Made by a program: the position numbers and the translations under genes. This document shows positions 13,254-25,500 of a stretch of DNA of 64,000 bases, piece after piece. Position 1 is the first letter of the stretch, and the number at the start of each line of letters is the position of its first letter. This DNA is from Takakia lepidozioides (taxonomy: Eukaryota > Plantae > Bryophyta): assembly GCA_030704615.1 (NCBI GenBank), contig CM060734.1, positions 33,728,001 to 33,792,000 of the forward strand, read 5' to 3'. The notes under the pieces were generated by a model, which was not told the DNA's origin, made no database searches, and was given only the letters and a program-made list of their open reading frames with translations.

Positions 13254-14364
13254 TGTAGTGTGGAAAGAAGGGGGCATATATCCCCTTCTGTCTAATCCTA
13301 ATCTAGTTCTTAGTGCAAGGTCTTGTTGGTATTCTGGTTCTCCCTCTCTCATGGTTGGCTACATCCATGCTGTTTATGATCAGAGTTCATAAAGCCCTCA
13401 TCCACGCCGCAGCGGAAGAGAAGACATGGATGGGACAAGTGAAGGTGTTCCCTGCATAGTGCAACAGGCCTGACTAGGGTTCTGTCTTGCACCATGCTTA
13501 GTTTTCATGCTGATACAGTCACTCAAAACAGCTTACCAGAGGGTTAATGACAGCCTATGAGTTCACCATTTGCATGTAGCATCTACTAGAACCCCCTTTG
13601 TTCTCATGCAATCACCGAAAATGCAAGGTAACATGGATCTACCATACAGTGCAGGTCTGCTATTTCTATGCAACTCATGGTCTTTCCTTTATCTCTCAAC
13701 TGGCCCTCCCTTCATCATTCTTTTGCTGAACAGATCTCTCTTCTTCCCAATGTTTTCTCCCTTTCTGATGCAAGTGCCCATATTAGACCAGACAACCCCT
13801 CTTCATGCAATGCAAATATACCAAGGCACACATCCAGTGGAGACCTTTCGCAAAAATCCTCCTTGGAATCATAAGTACACACCACCTTATCTCTTAGCTT
13901 TTCTCTCCTCCCAAACAGAATCTCTCCTCATTCTCATACCCTAATGCTGACAGTTACAGACCCTGTCCCTCATTTCTACCCTGTAGCAAGTGCACAGATT
14001 CCCTTGGTGAATCTCCCTATACTGTTCATTTTGCAGACTTGTTTAACTCTAAGCACTGATGCACAGTTTGCTCCAGATTCAGTGTGCTGAATCATAAAAT
14101 CAAAGCATGACAAACACTATATATGCATTGATTGTAGATGGCTGGATCTGCCTTCTATCACCATTCCCCAAAGACATGCATCATCTCTCATCCTCTCTAC
14201 ACCATTCTGTTTGAAGCCCAAGCCACCACTCCATTCCATTTTTCAAAACGTTCTCATACTCTCTCTACTAACTCCAGAGCCTTCAATCATTTCAGCGACA
14301 TCTATCTAAGTAAAGAAAAAAACCCCCAAGTTTCTATTAACTTAGTTGTCTTATACTCCAGCTG

Positions 14365-16921
14365 AAGCGGTGGGATTGTCTGCCCGAAATGGCACCTCAC
14401 CATCTCTGTCAGCAGCTCCCGATTTTTGTTGAACTGCCTCGTGATTGCAGGTACATAAACTTTGCACTCATTCCGTACGGAGCCATTCAAAGGGTTCCAC
14501 CATTCTTCCTGGCGTGGAGGACACCTGGAGGTCGTGGAACGATGTACACAGAAGTAATGGCGAAGGAGTGGCATGCCGAGCATTTGGTAGACTGCCCCTG
14601 GTATGTGGATCTCCCAAGTGGGACCGTTGACCTCTCGGAGGTTAACTTGAAGAAGGAAGCGAATGCCAGGGCTATGAAGGCGCAATCGGATCCCCAACCA
14701 GAGGACGCGGAAAGACTGAAAGCAGAGGAGGCAGCCAAGCAGAAAGCACTGAGAAAGTCAGCCAAGGCGGCAGCGTTGGCGAAGGAGCAGATGGAGAAGC
14801 AGGCAGCTGAGCAGCCCAAGGACAGGAAGAAAAGAACGCGCAAACAGGGGCAAGAGACGAAGACCCCCACACCCAAGAAGAAGAAGCAGCAACACAGTCA
14901 GCCTGATGAGGAGGATTCCGACGACGATTTCCAGCAGGAAAACACCCAGGGGGCCACACCTCGTCCGAAAATTCACAAGGGCCAACGCTCCGGGGGGTCG
15001 GCTGCGAAGAGATCACTATACGAGGATGCACCTGGCAGACCCTACCGTGCGGTGCACATTGCGGGCAGGGAAGTCCTCAAAACACCCACAATTGTGGAGT
15101 GTGTTAATGAAAATTTCCTAACTGCTCTGACCAGAAGGCTGGAGATAACGAGATTGAGGAAGGCGATCGAGGCCCACCAGGGGAAGGGGAAGAGGAAGGC
15201 CACTGGCAATGATATGGAGGACACTCCTGGCTACACAAAGATGATGGAGTATTTTGTGGCGATGAGCCACGGCAAAAAGAGCACAGTCGGGGGCAGGGCG
15301 GTGAAAGCCTCCATCGACATGATCCTTGTGGATATCCCGGATGGGCAGGAGATACTGGGGCTGGGCTCAGTTCCAGTTCCAGTTCCAGTTCCAGTGGAAC
15401 AAGTACGACGAAAGATACTGGAGCCACACATTCGGGTTCGCAGCCAACATGTTGGACGACGTTGGCTGTGTTGTTGTGCTAGCAGCCGATGGAGAAGTCA
15501 CTGAGAATGATATCAAAGTATGGACGGGGAGAAGTGCAGCACCCATCCTGAAAAAGATCTGGACTTGCATCAACACGCAGGGTCTTCTCAACGATGGCCA
15601 GAAGGTATGTTGTGGTTCTCCTCTGCTATGTCAATTTATGCGCCGAAATTGCCCCTGTACGTGTAGGCCACCTCTGACGTTTTCATTTCCTTCTCTGCAG
15701 ACTCTTATCTTTTAGGCATTTTGCTTCGTGAAGGAACATTCGAAATTCAAATTACGTGAAGCAGGAAGACTTGTTGATTCCACAGTTGATCCACTGGAGT
15801 ATAACGTCCTGTTCAACCATGTGGGAGAGAAGGACATTCTTTGTGATTTGTCGGGAAAGCCATGGAGGTATGGCAGGACCAGGAGTCCTGCATTCATCCA
15901 GACGCTCATGGAAACGTGTACGGATGTTGAAGGCAGGGTCCTTGACGTCACTGCAAATACAGGTGAGAACGTTAATTGAATGCGGCACCGAAATTGACAC
16001 CATTTCCGTTTCTGTATGTTTGCTTGTGCGAGGAAGCGACTCATTCTTGAGTTTGGCTGTGGTTGTGTCGTATGAATTCGCAGGTGCCTGTATGTGGGCG
16101 GGAAGGATGTCGAACCGATTTGTGTTCTCATTTGAGGGGGATACGGCCTTGTACGATTACAATTTGGCGGGCCTTCAGCGTCTGCCTCCGACTGAGGATC
16201 CCAAAAATGCAGAAGAGGACGTGGAAGGAGAGGAGGAAGATGAAGAGGAGGAAGTCCGGGAAATTCGTTCGATGCAGGGGCGCCCGAAGCCGCTTCCCCC
16301 AATGACTGTCTTCGAGTGAGTTGCACCATAGTAAGTGTATTGGTTTCGGTTGTAGGGACCATGCAACCTGCCGATGATTCCCTGTTTGAATTCTCTAATG
16401 TACTTCATTCTATGTTTGTGCGTACACTCAGCCTTGCAGAGTCGTCCGACGAGGAGAAGCTGGGAGACTTGCTCGAATCGGACCCTGTTGCAGAGGAGGA
16501 GACGCCATTCTTTGCCAGAAAATCGTTTCTCGCGAGTCCCCAGAAGCCCTTTTTTCTACCAGCCTATGCAGACACGGCTGCCAAAGAAGCCATCAGGAGG
16601 GAGGATAGGCCTACTCGGTTAGAGCAATTGACATACGGGAATGAGCAGAGAATTATAATGAGGCGTGAGGCCAAACATAGAATTGTGAAAGGCAGACTAG
16701 GGAAGTTCGTAATAGAATCCGCGTCCGAGAGCGAGGGGAATGTTGAGGACACTTCCGCACCCAGGTGGACACTCCCGGCTGGTGAGGATGGTATTTTTGA
16801 GGGGAGGGCTTCTCAGAGTAACAGCGGTAGCGGCAGTGCAGGTTCGGAGGCAGGTGGAAGGCAGCCATCCTTGCATGAGGGCGGGGATGCATCGGATAGT
16901 GATAGCGGATCCTCACCATAG
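14365..16921 (+). pseudogene. 3' half of the cargo gene: K/E-rich linker, beta-class N6A/N4C DNA methyltransferase-like domain, acidic tail
   Basis: IDMILVDIPDG (motif IV position) precedes RSPAFIQTLMETCTDVEGRVLDVTANTG/ACMWAGRMSNRFVFSFEGD (motifs X-I-II) after splicing GT-AG introns 15605-15700 and 15963-16083; frameshift near 15395, TAG at 15713. Confidence 0.75.
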
Positions 16922-17164
16922 CAAAGTCTCATTTGGATCCTTTTGTTGTACAGTTCTGAAACACTTAATGAAAATATTGACGATTTGAAAAATCATTGTG
17001 TTCAGACTTCTTGTCCATTCCCTACATTTCTTCCGCCAACCAAAATCTATAATAAAAGCAGAAGAGACGCAAACTTCAGTGAAGAACCCTACAAGTAATT
17101 TATGCACACCATCGAGCCGGGAACTTGAAGCCATGAAAACCCTGCCGTTTCTAACATTCCTATT

Positions 17165-17450
17165 CGGAAATTTGGCGCCGAAATAGCCCAGTTTGCGCCT
17201 TCGTTATATGGGCCTCAAAAATTCCACGGATGAATTACTGCACCAAAATATTGCGATGGAAGCCTTCAGCACAAGGCACTTCACCACATTCCACTTGGGT
17301 ATTTCGGCGCTGAAATTGCCCGTTCTGCGCCTTTAAATACCGCACTATATCACATTTTAAGAGGTAATTTCGGTGCCGAAATACCCCGGTGGATGTCTTC
17401 AAAACACCATTTTAGCACACTGCTCTTGGGAATAACGGCGCCGAAATTCC
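17165..17450. repeat. Left subterminal array of five degenerate AATTTCGGCGCCGAAATT palindromes
   Basis: Centres at 17176, 17241, 17308, 17374, 17439 (65-67 bp apart). Confidence 0.8.
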
Positions 17451-17545
17451 TCATTCCGCATCCTGGACCAGGAGAAACAGACCCTATTACCGAGGTAAGA
17501 GGACATAACACCGTCAATAAAGGCAGGAAAATTCCAATTCCGCGG

Positions 17546-17612
17546 ATGCCCGCTCATGAGCTCATAGGCTCATAGGCTCATGGGCTCATGCGCTCATGAA
17601 ATAGTAAACCTC
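17546..17612 (-). repeat. Left TIR of the MULE (currently inverted)
   Basis: Reverse complement reads GAGGTTTACTATTTCATGAGCGCATGAGC..., matching the right end GGGGGTTGCTATTCCATGAGCTCATGAGC; both contain GCTCATGAGC palindromes. Confidence 0.88.
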
Positions 17613-17792
17613 GGTTGAAACAGAGCCGTCATGACTCACTGAATGCTTGAATCGACGAATATCTGAAAGGTGGAGTGGCATAGCGATGACAGGATCTGAC
17701 ATACATAGATCTTTGTTTTTACAAACGTGGCATTCAGACGACAAGTGTTCCAAGCCTAGCTTTCACCCACTTTGGTATTTCACCTACAGCTG

Positions 17793-20151
17793 CAGAACTG
17801 CTGGCTCCAACAGAGCGATGCATCATGCAAGTGGAAGTTGTCAATGCACAAGGTATTTGGGCACCGAAATACGGAGTGGACCGTGCCCCAATTACCCAGA
17901 ACTCACATCTTGCAGAGGTATATTTCGGCGCCGCAATATCCATCGCAGCTTAACCAAATCATCTAAACTGCAAATAGGGGGATGCATTGTCAGCAGATTA
18001 CCTGAACAGGACACGCATTGCCGCTTTGTCGGCACCCTCCTGCTCTTCGATGTATACGCTGCGTCTTGCCTTTGCAATTTCTCTGAAAAAGAGGTTTGCG
18101 AAGCGCCCTCGCCATGACTGCACGTAGTTCTCCATTGTCTCAGGCTTCGTCCAGTCGATCTGTAACTTGAAAGTGGTGGTGTTGCAGTCCAATTGCTCCT
18201 GGGCGTGGGTCAGTACCTGCATCATGGCAGGTTTCCAAAACATTCATGATTTTGAAATTGCGACGAGGTCCAACACAGAATAGGAGAAAATTATACCTGA
18301 TGCCACCAAGTCATGACATTGAGCCAGTCGTTCATTTTGTCGTCTGTTGGCTCGATGGGAAAGTGGTACAGCAGCTTCGTGTTTGTATGGCCGTTCCAGA
18401 TTCGCAGCCACCTCGTCTGCAGCCACCTCACATCGGTCAGACAAGAACTCCAACATAAGAATCGCGAGAAGTCACAAAACAAGAATAAACACATGCTTAC
18501 CTTCTCCGCCGGCTCAACACAGGACACTGCGATGTGATGAAGTTTCTCCATGGACATTTCCGGTTTCATGGGTCTGGAGTAATGCAGTCCTATCTCCGCC
18601 AGGAACTCGGCACCAAGACCAGGGTCAGCGATTGCAACTTGCTTAACAAGTTTGGACCTGTACTTGGTCCGGGATTGCTTCCCTGCCTGCACAATATGAC
18701 TCTCTATCGACGCGTCCGCCTTGTTGGGGGCATCATTCTCAAAGAACTGCCTTTTGGCATAGGCCAAGTCATCCCTGATGTTCGTCTGCATTCCCATACC
18801 CAGCAGATACAGTCAGGCCACGGATCCCTGCAACAAATAACATTAAATTGATACTGAAATTTGAGATGAACCTCACCGAATAGAGGATCTCCACCATGGC
18901 GTCCAGTGTTGGTCGGTACCAGGTGCGATCTGCTTTCGCTAGGGACTTCCTGTACAGCTCGGGATCGAGGGACTTTCGGAAGTCCGTCAGCGGAGCTGTC
19001 CCCACTTCTTGCACTCTGTAGAGCGTATGTGCCAGATGAGTTTCCACGAAGGCCCTCTCTGTTACCCTGCCATGGAGAAAAAAAACAACATGAAAATATG
19101 ATTTCGGCACAGCAATCCAATTTCCAGTTCATAGAGTGCATGACAGTGGTGAACATTGCCTATTTCGGCGCCGCAATAGGCAGTACACAAGGATGTAATT
19201 GTATACTTACAGATTTATATCCGCCATGGCACCCTTCAACAGTCCTCTGTCCCTGACGTCCACCTTCACGACAATGCAGTCCACCATGTAATGCCAACTG
19301 ATATCTTGCGGATGCATTTCAGCAATGTACTCTGTCCAGGCAAGCATCCTGTGGTTCCCGTCCCAAACGAAGAACATCTTCCCTTCCATGTGTGCGAATG
19401 TGGGATTAGTCTTCAGATAGGCTTCAAACTCGGCATTAACAGTGTGCCAGTGGGGGCCCCAATTCTGAAGCTCCTCTGCAGTGGGGCCCCTTGTGACACC
19501 CTGGTCATTCTCAATGGAAACGTAGAATGCTGCCGACCCCCGTCTGTACCCTTCTCTGAAGTTGTGCTTCAGTCGATCGATATCCCCTGGCAGTGCTTGC
19601 CTTACAACTGGAAGGCTTACCATGCGACACAAAGGAACTTTGAGGTTCTCCGGATACACCATGGAGCCCAAAACGCGGCCTATGTTGCTATGAGTCTCTG
19701 CCAGCAACCTGTTTGCTGCTATGTTCATGTCTCGTGCGCTCATGAGCATACCCGCCACCAGTTTCTTACTTGTATCACCTCTGTCACTTCCCTCACCCCT
19801 CTCACCAGCCTGTGTACTGTCCTGGAGGTTTTGCTCCTCCGCAAGCTCCAGCAGGTTCTGATCGTCGCCAAGTCGTACCACGTTATCGTCCTCTCCTTCT
19901 GTCAGTTGAATGGGCCGCCCTTCTGCAGATCCGACTCCCACATCTCTAGCGGCCTCCACCGCATCTGTGTTTTCTGAAATTGACTGCAAACCCAATATCT
20001 CCGCTTCCAGTCTCCCTAGGGGTTTTACTGGCGAAGCCATGGGCTCCTTCTGCCTCGATGCACTTCCACCTTGTGAGCGCAGCACCCGGGCAGGAGTATC
20101 CAAAGTTGACTGTGTTGCCTCGCCCCCCTGCGATCCCTCCCCAGCTCCCAT
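17793..20151 (-). pseudogene. 5' half of the cargo gene: ParB/Sulfiredoxin-like domain plus further exons
   Basis: LKVPLCRM..VRQAL..DIDRLKHNF..FFVWDGNHRMLAW (GxxRxxA) in ORF 19207-20184; GT-AG introns 19210-19067 and 18876-18828 and a donor at 18001; premature TGA near 18814; start codon uncertain. Confidence 0.75.
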
Positions 20152-20659
20152 GTCAAACAAACAGGAAAACATGAGACACTGCACGCCAAAAAAAAGGTGT
20201 AAAAGGAATATTGCGTATGGAGTGCTTCACATCCGCGAAGCACGAATCTCTCACTGGTGGGCGATCCGAGTCTCCGGATAACGAGGTCTACATTTCATGC
20301 ATGAGACGGAGCTTAAGTCGTGTCGTCGGCGGCTTCCCAAAATCCCGCGTCCTCCTCTTTGCCGGAGTCGCCTGACCTTCCACAAACTCTATGCTACCAC
20401 TATGCCGCATAAGGAGAGGAAACGCAGGAGAACGTCCCTGCAGAAGGGCAAGGAGCGAGAGAGCGAAGCGGAGGAACATGCAACCACTATGCACGAGCAG
20501 ATGCGTAAGCAGCCACGTCTCCCGAAGCGTTGCCACCGTCCAACACTTTTTGCCGTATGGGTGATGAAGAGATTGTGACCCCTGACATGTTTGCACGGAT
20601 GAAGTCGACTGGAACACGACGCGTGCCAGTTCCAGCCACCAGTACAAGACGGTTTATCC

Positions 20660-22410
20660 GAATTGCGGCACCGAAATACGTTCCGTACACCGGATGCTGT
20701 TCCCGGAGCAGCCGGCATTGAATGAAATATCCGCACATCATGAAACCCAACCGCCAAGAAAATCCCCTGCCTATGACATTCAACAGTCAGATCGGTACGT
20801 TTCAACAGCGGACGGATGAATTTCGGCGCCGAAATTCATCCTATTCAAGTGCTTTCATACGTAAACTTACGAATTTCGGTGCCGCAATTCATCGCTTCCG
20901 AAGTCCTCATCCGTCATGAGCAAACCTGTCAGTGGGATATCGGAGCCGGAATTAATTCCGGGACAGTGAAAACGGTTGTACTTGGACACATTTCATCCAT
21001 ATTTCGGCGCCGAAATTCATTACGGATATCTCCGTCCGTGCGTAGACGAGGTGAAATCATCATTATTTCGGCGCCGAAATTCATCCAGAGCGAAGACTAA
21101 ATTGGCACCATGTTACGCTTTGCCGCCATCATTGCCCCTGACGGATGCTGTCCATGCCTGTTGGACTTGCCATTTTTGGACATTTAACTATAATTTCGGC
21201 GCCGAAATTATACTTTATATGCGGCAACGTCCCGTGCGAAAAAGACCACTTAATGGATACTGTCGGTTTCAAATGAAAAAAAAACGGCTAAAATGCAATT
21301 AATTTTGACAAAAGTGGTTTAATATGCCGATTTCTCCATTAAATGCAGAATATTCCTGTTATATTCGTCGGAACGGGGTATTTCCAACGATTTACGGAAA
21401 ATTTTCATCCAAAAGCAAAAAGTAAGTGCCGGGTTTGGACGAATTTCGGCGCCGAAATTCATCCGTCGCATAGAAAATGTAATATTAGAGTTACTCATTG
21501 CGGACAGTAAGGATGAATTTCGGCGTCGAAATTCATCCATTTCAAAGAAAAATAAATATTGGAGGGAGGGCATTGGAGGAATTTCGGCGCCGAAATCCGG
21601 CGCTCAAACCCTGAAAAGAATTTGGAGGGATGAAGTCGGCTGAATTTCGGCGCCGAAATTCATTGCTCGCGAAGAAAAAATAAAATTCGGGAGGACTTCG
21701 GATGAATTTTGGCGCCGAAATTCATTGCTCGCGAAGGAAAGTAAAAAATTTCGGGAGGACTTCGAATGAATTTCGGCGCCGAAATTCAATGCTCGCGAAG
21801 AAAAAAACAAAATTGGGAGGATTTCGGTTGAATTTCGGCGCCGAAATTCATTGCTCGCGAAGAAAAAAGAAAATTAAAAGGGAGTACTTGGATGAGATTC
21901 GGCGCCAAAGTTCATCTGTCGCAAAGAAAAATAAAAACAGAAAGGACCTCCGATGAATTCTGGCACCGAAATCCATCCGCAGGGCAGCAGAATTAGGGTC
22001 GGAAAAGGAGATGAAGAATGAATTTCGGCGCCGAAATACATCCATTCTGCCGATTCAGGATTACTGTCATTGGAAGTCGGCACCGATATCCGGACACGTG
22101 GTCAATCACGACTGTAATCAGGAACACATTCATCCGTATTTTGGCATCTAAATTCAACCCATATGTGCAGATACAATTTAATGAAGAAGAAGTTCATCCG
22201 AATTTTGGCACCGAAATCCATCCGTTGGGTGCTTGGTCAGTTTAATGAGGTAAACAAATTACGATTTCTGTTGCCAGAATTCATCCCTTGGCTTCCAAAG
22301 CTGTTACATGATAGAGATGTTCATCCAGATTTCGGTGCCGAAATTCATGGGAAGGCCTGATTTATTGTACCCCAAGTGGTTGTACATTACAATTCAGGCA
22401 CCAAATATCC
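20660..22410. repeat. Central array of ~22 palindromes (core AATTTCGGCGCCGAAATT) with ~63-bp periodicity between the divergent cargo and transposase genes
   Basis: Perfect 28-bp palindrome at 20814-20841 and 24-bp at 21189-21212; most centre-to-centre distances 61-65 bp. Confidence 0.95.
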
Positions 22411-22596
22411 GATGTGAACTTGCTGTTTTCGTCCGTTTTTTTAACGTACGTTACACACCTTCATCTTTACGTGCACTGATCACCCATCCTGTTGGATACG
22501 GAATCCTCCAGAAAATCATTTGTGTTATTAGGTAAGACACACTCTTCTCATTGCAGGACTTCGCTGCGGAGCGTACCGAGAGGTCCCGTCTTCAAA

Positions 22597-25500
22597 ATGG
22601 ACTCCCGTGTTTGGGTCAACGTGTACTTCCATCCTGATTCTCTGAAAGCTAAAATACCCTGCGACCAAGGATTTGCGATTGTCACTGAGCAGTACTTGTG
22701 TGTGAAGTTTGGGCTCCGCCCTGGAACGGTGTTTTTGGAAGAGGAGACGAATGATGCTTATGGTAATTTTCTGGAAAGTGCCGTCATTCTGCATGCAGAT
22801 TTCGGAAAAGGCAAAGAGTGGCGGCTCCCAGCTTCTGAATCCATCCGGTACAGTGCCCTTGGTGAAATCATGCCTAAAGAGTTCCCACGCTGGAACTTGG
22901 TTGATCCTCCTTCCACAAGAGGGTCGGGCGTGCAAGATGTGAAGGATGTGGGCACCTCTTCACAAGCAGAGAAGCCCAAACATGTGAAAAGGGAAATCCA
23001 GGAAAACAGGGAAACAGTCGTCCACGACTTATCCAGTGACGATGAAGACTGTATGGTCCTTCCATCGTATGTTTCGAAGTCGTCCGTCACTAGGAGTGTT
23101 CAGCATACACCGTCCGACTCAACTTCCGTCCGCTCAGTAATCGACATATTGCGGAGGATGAAGACAACGGGTTCCCGCTCCAGTGACCTTCTTAGGCTTG
23201 ATTACGACAAAACTCCAATCCATTCTGTGGAAACTTTGCCTGATGTTGTGGATGGGAATGCTATCTACGAGTTCCCTCCAGTGCCGGCAGGCGCAGGCCC
23301 AGACGGCATGCTCGCAGGAATGAACAGGAAACATGACGGCCACCCTTGGTGTGTCACCAAAACTTCATCGTCCAACCTGGGTGATGGAGTTCGAGTGAGA
23401 TATGTATTGTGTGCTGGGCATCTTAAATGTTTCTCGAGCACATGTTACCATTACACTAGCAAAGGCACCAGGATTGAGACTGACTGGATTGGCAATTCGT
23501 CGACCCCATTTTGGCCTCAAGGTAGAGTTCCTGCAGGGACGTTCAAGTGTGCCCATTGCAACGCAGCCCCTACGTGCATGGCAGTGTGCAACGCCAAGCA
23601 GTACTACGTCGGGACCGTCGGCCCAGCGTGCACCAGAGCATGCATTCACATCGGAAAGCATGAGCACCCCCTCGCCAGAGGCAATTGCAGAGTCGCTTTT
23701 CAACAAGCCCAGGATATTATCAAGGAGGAGGTGAGGTTGAGGCCGGGTGCAAAACCAAAGCAGATACAGCTCGCATCGGCACATAGGATTGCAATTGGCA
23801 GAATAATGTCGGAGGACGGAAGCACAAGAGAGAAGCTGGGCGAGGGGGACATGAAGGACCTGCTGGAAGCTGTCTCCCATGTGTGCAGCCCCAATGTCAG
23901 GAACCACATTGTCAGCTGCAAGAAACGAATCGGAAGAGGATCAGACATGCACTCCATCTTGGAAGTGAAGCGCACATGCGGCTACGACTTCATCCAAGGC
24001 AGCTTCTTTCCTGGTCAAGGCTCGGAGACGGACAGGTGCTTCATATTTAAGATGTCAACGTGCGGACCGGGGAGCGGCGTCGATTTGGTGAAGCGGATGA
24101 CCAGTGGAGACCTTTCAAATTGTTGGGTCATGTTCGACCACATCCGGCGAATTACCAACCACGATTGGGTGACAATGGGGGCACATGTATACGACCCACA
24201 TTGCAGAAAGTTGATGACCATTGCTATCTGCGAAATGAAGGGAGAAGACACAGATTCGGAGTTGCATATGTGGCGCGGAATTAATGAGCAAATGGTGAGA
24301 GCCAAGTTGCCCCCTCCCATTTTAGGGGCTTCATGGCTGACAATGCCCAGGCAAACTGGGCTGCAGTTAGGAGGGTATATGGGGACGACCCAAAGACTCC
24401 AATGGAAGGAAAGGAGAGATCTTGCGGGTTCCACTTCATGCAGAGTTTGACGCAAAACACGAAAAGGTTCGTGGCGTCACGCCACCGGCAGGATCATATC
24501 AGTATGTGCCTAGCGTGGAAAAATGCGAATTCCATCGACGAGGCGGAGACCGAGTTTGCAACCATACGCGCCTGGTGGGTGTCTTCAGGGGCAGTGGATG
24601 TGAAAGATCAGCCAGAACTGCAAACGTGGCTTGCGTGGTGGCATTATAGATTCCGCCAGTTTGGAGACTACATGAGACAGGTAACACATTTCTGTACTTG
24701 ACAATTGTTCTGTTTTGTGCTTGGACATTCTCCACAATCAGTGACATATCTAATTTCCTTCAACAGGACATGAGCTTGGAGGATGACACGGATATGCCGA
24801 CGACGAACATGGCCGAATCGGTGCACTCTTCCTGGCGTGCTTCCTCTGCAGCACATCTCGTTGACATGTTGACAGCAACAACAGAAGATATTGTGAGGGC
24901 CATCATGCAACAATCTCATTACTACCAGTTTCTGGGAGGAAAGCAATGGGGTATCGGACCAGACAGGCAGGAGATGCTGATGAGGGCGGCGCATCGTTCG
25001 ACCGATCCCAAAAAATGGACTGCTGCATTGCGGGAAACAATAAGGTCAACGCCGTTACACAGTCGGGGGAACTGCCTGGAGGGCGATGTCCGCAGCCGGC
25101 CGGTGAAGAGAAGAATTGAGGACATGCCCGGAGGGGATGGGGATTCATGGAGATCAGATATGAACATCCGCACTCAACCTCGGGGCGCAACGATGTTGCG
25201 TCCCACGCCTCCACGAAGCAGGACTCGTACCCCCTCTCCTGCAGCATCCATGGAATCGCTGCCAGACTCGGGACAACATGCCGAGGATGGGCATGTTGCT
25301 CCTGTTTTCGTTACCCAATACAACATTCCAATCGTGGAGCGAGATGTGTCGGCCTCGCAGTGGAGAATTGCACGGACCCGTCCGACATTTCGTGGCAAAT
25401 GTTGTGTTGTTCGTGTCGACACCAACCAGAGATGCAATGAGATGATTCGGAGGAGCCCGCAGGGCGGTGTGCCTGCCCCTTGCTTCACAGGGAGATTTGT

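Noticed and set aside
13254-14360. Solo LTR (TGTAGTG...ACTCCA)
   Set aside because: No TSD (CAAGG vs GCTGA), no second copy, and the terminal CA is part of the CAGCTG inversion breakpoint
14365-20184. Bacterial or phage contamination explaining ParB and MTase motifs
   Set aside because: The motifs are split by GT-AG introns and lie within TIR/TSD boundaries continuous with plant repeats
20389-20805. Additional 5' exons or fourth gene of the MULE
   Set aside because: Possible, but no consistent spliced frame or motif could be established by eye
20816-22360. Short ORFs with MNFGAEIH / FRRRNS repeats
   Set aside because: Translations of the DNA palindrome on both strands, not proteins
20800-22410. 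CRISPR array (palindromic repeats with ~40-bp spacers)
   Set aside because: Repeats are loopless perfect palindromes that degenerate irregularly, several spacers are related to each other, there are no cas genes, and the context is eukaryotic
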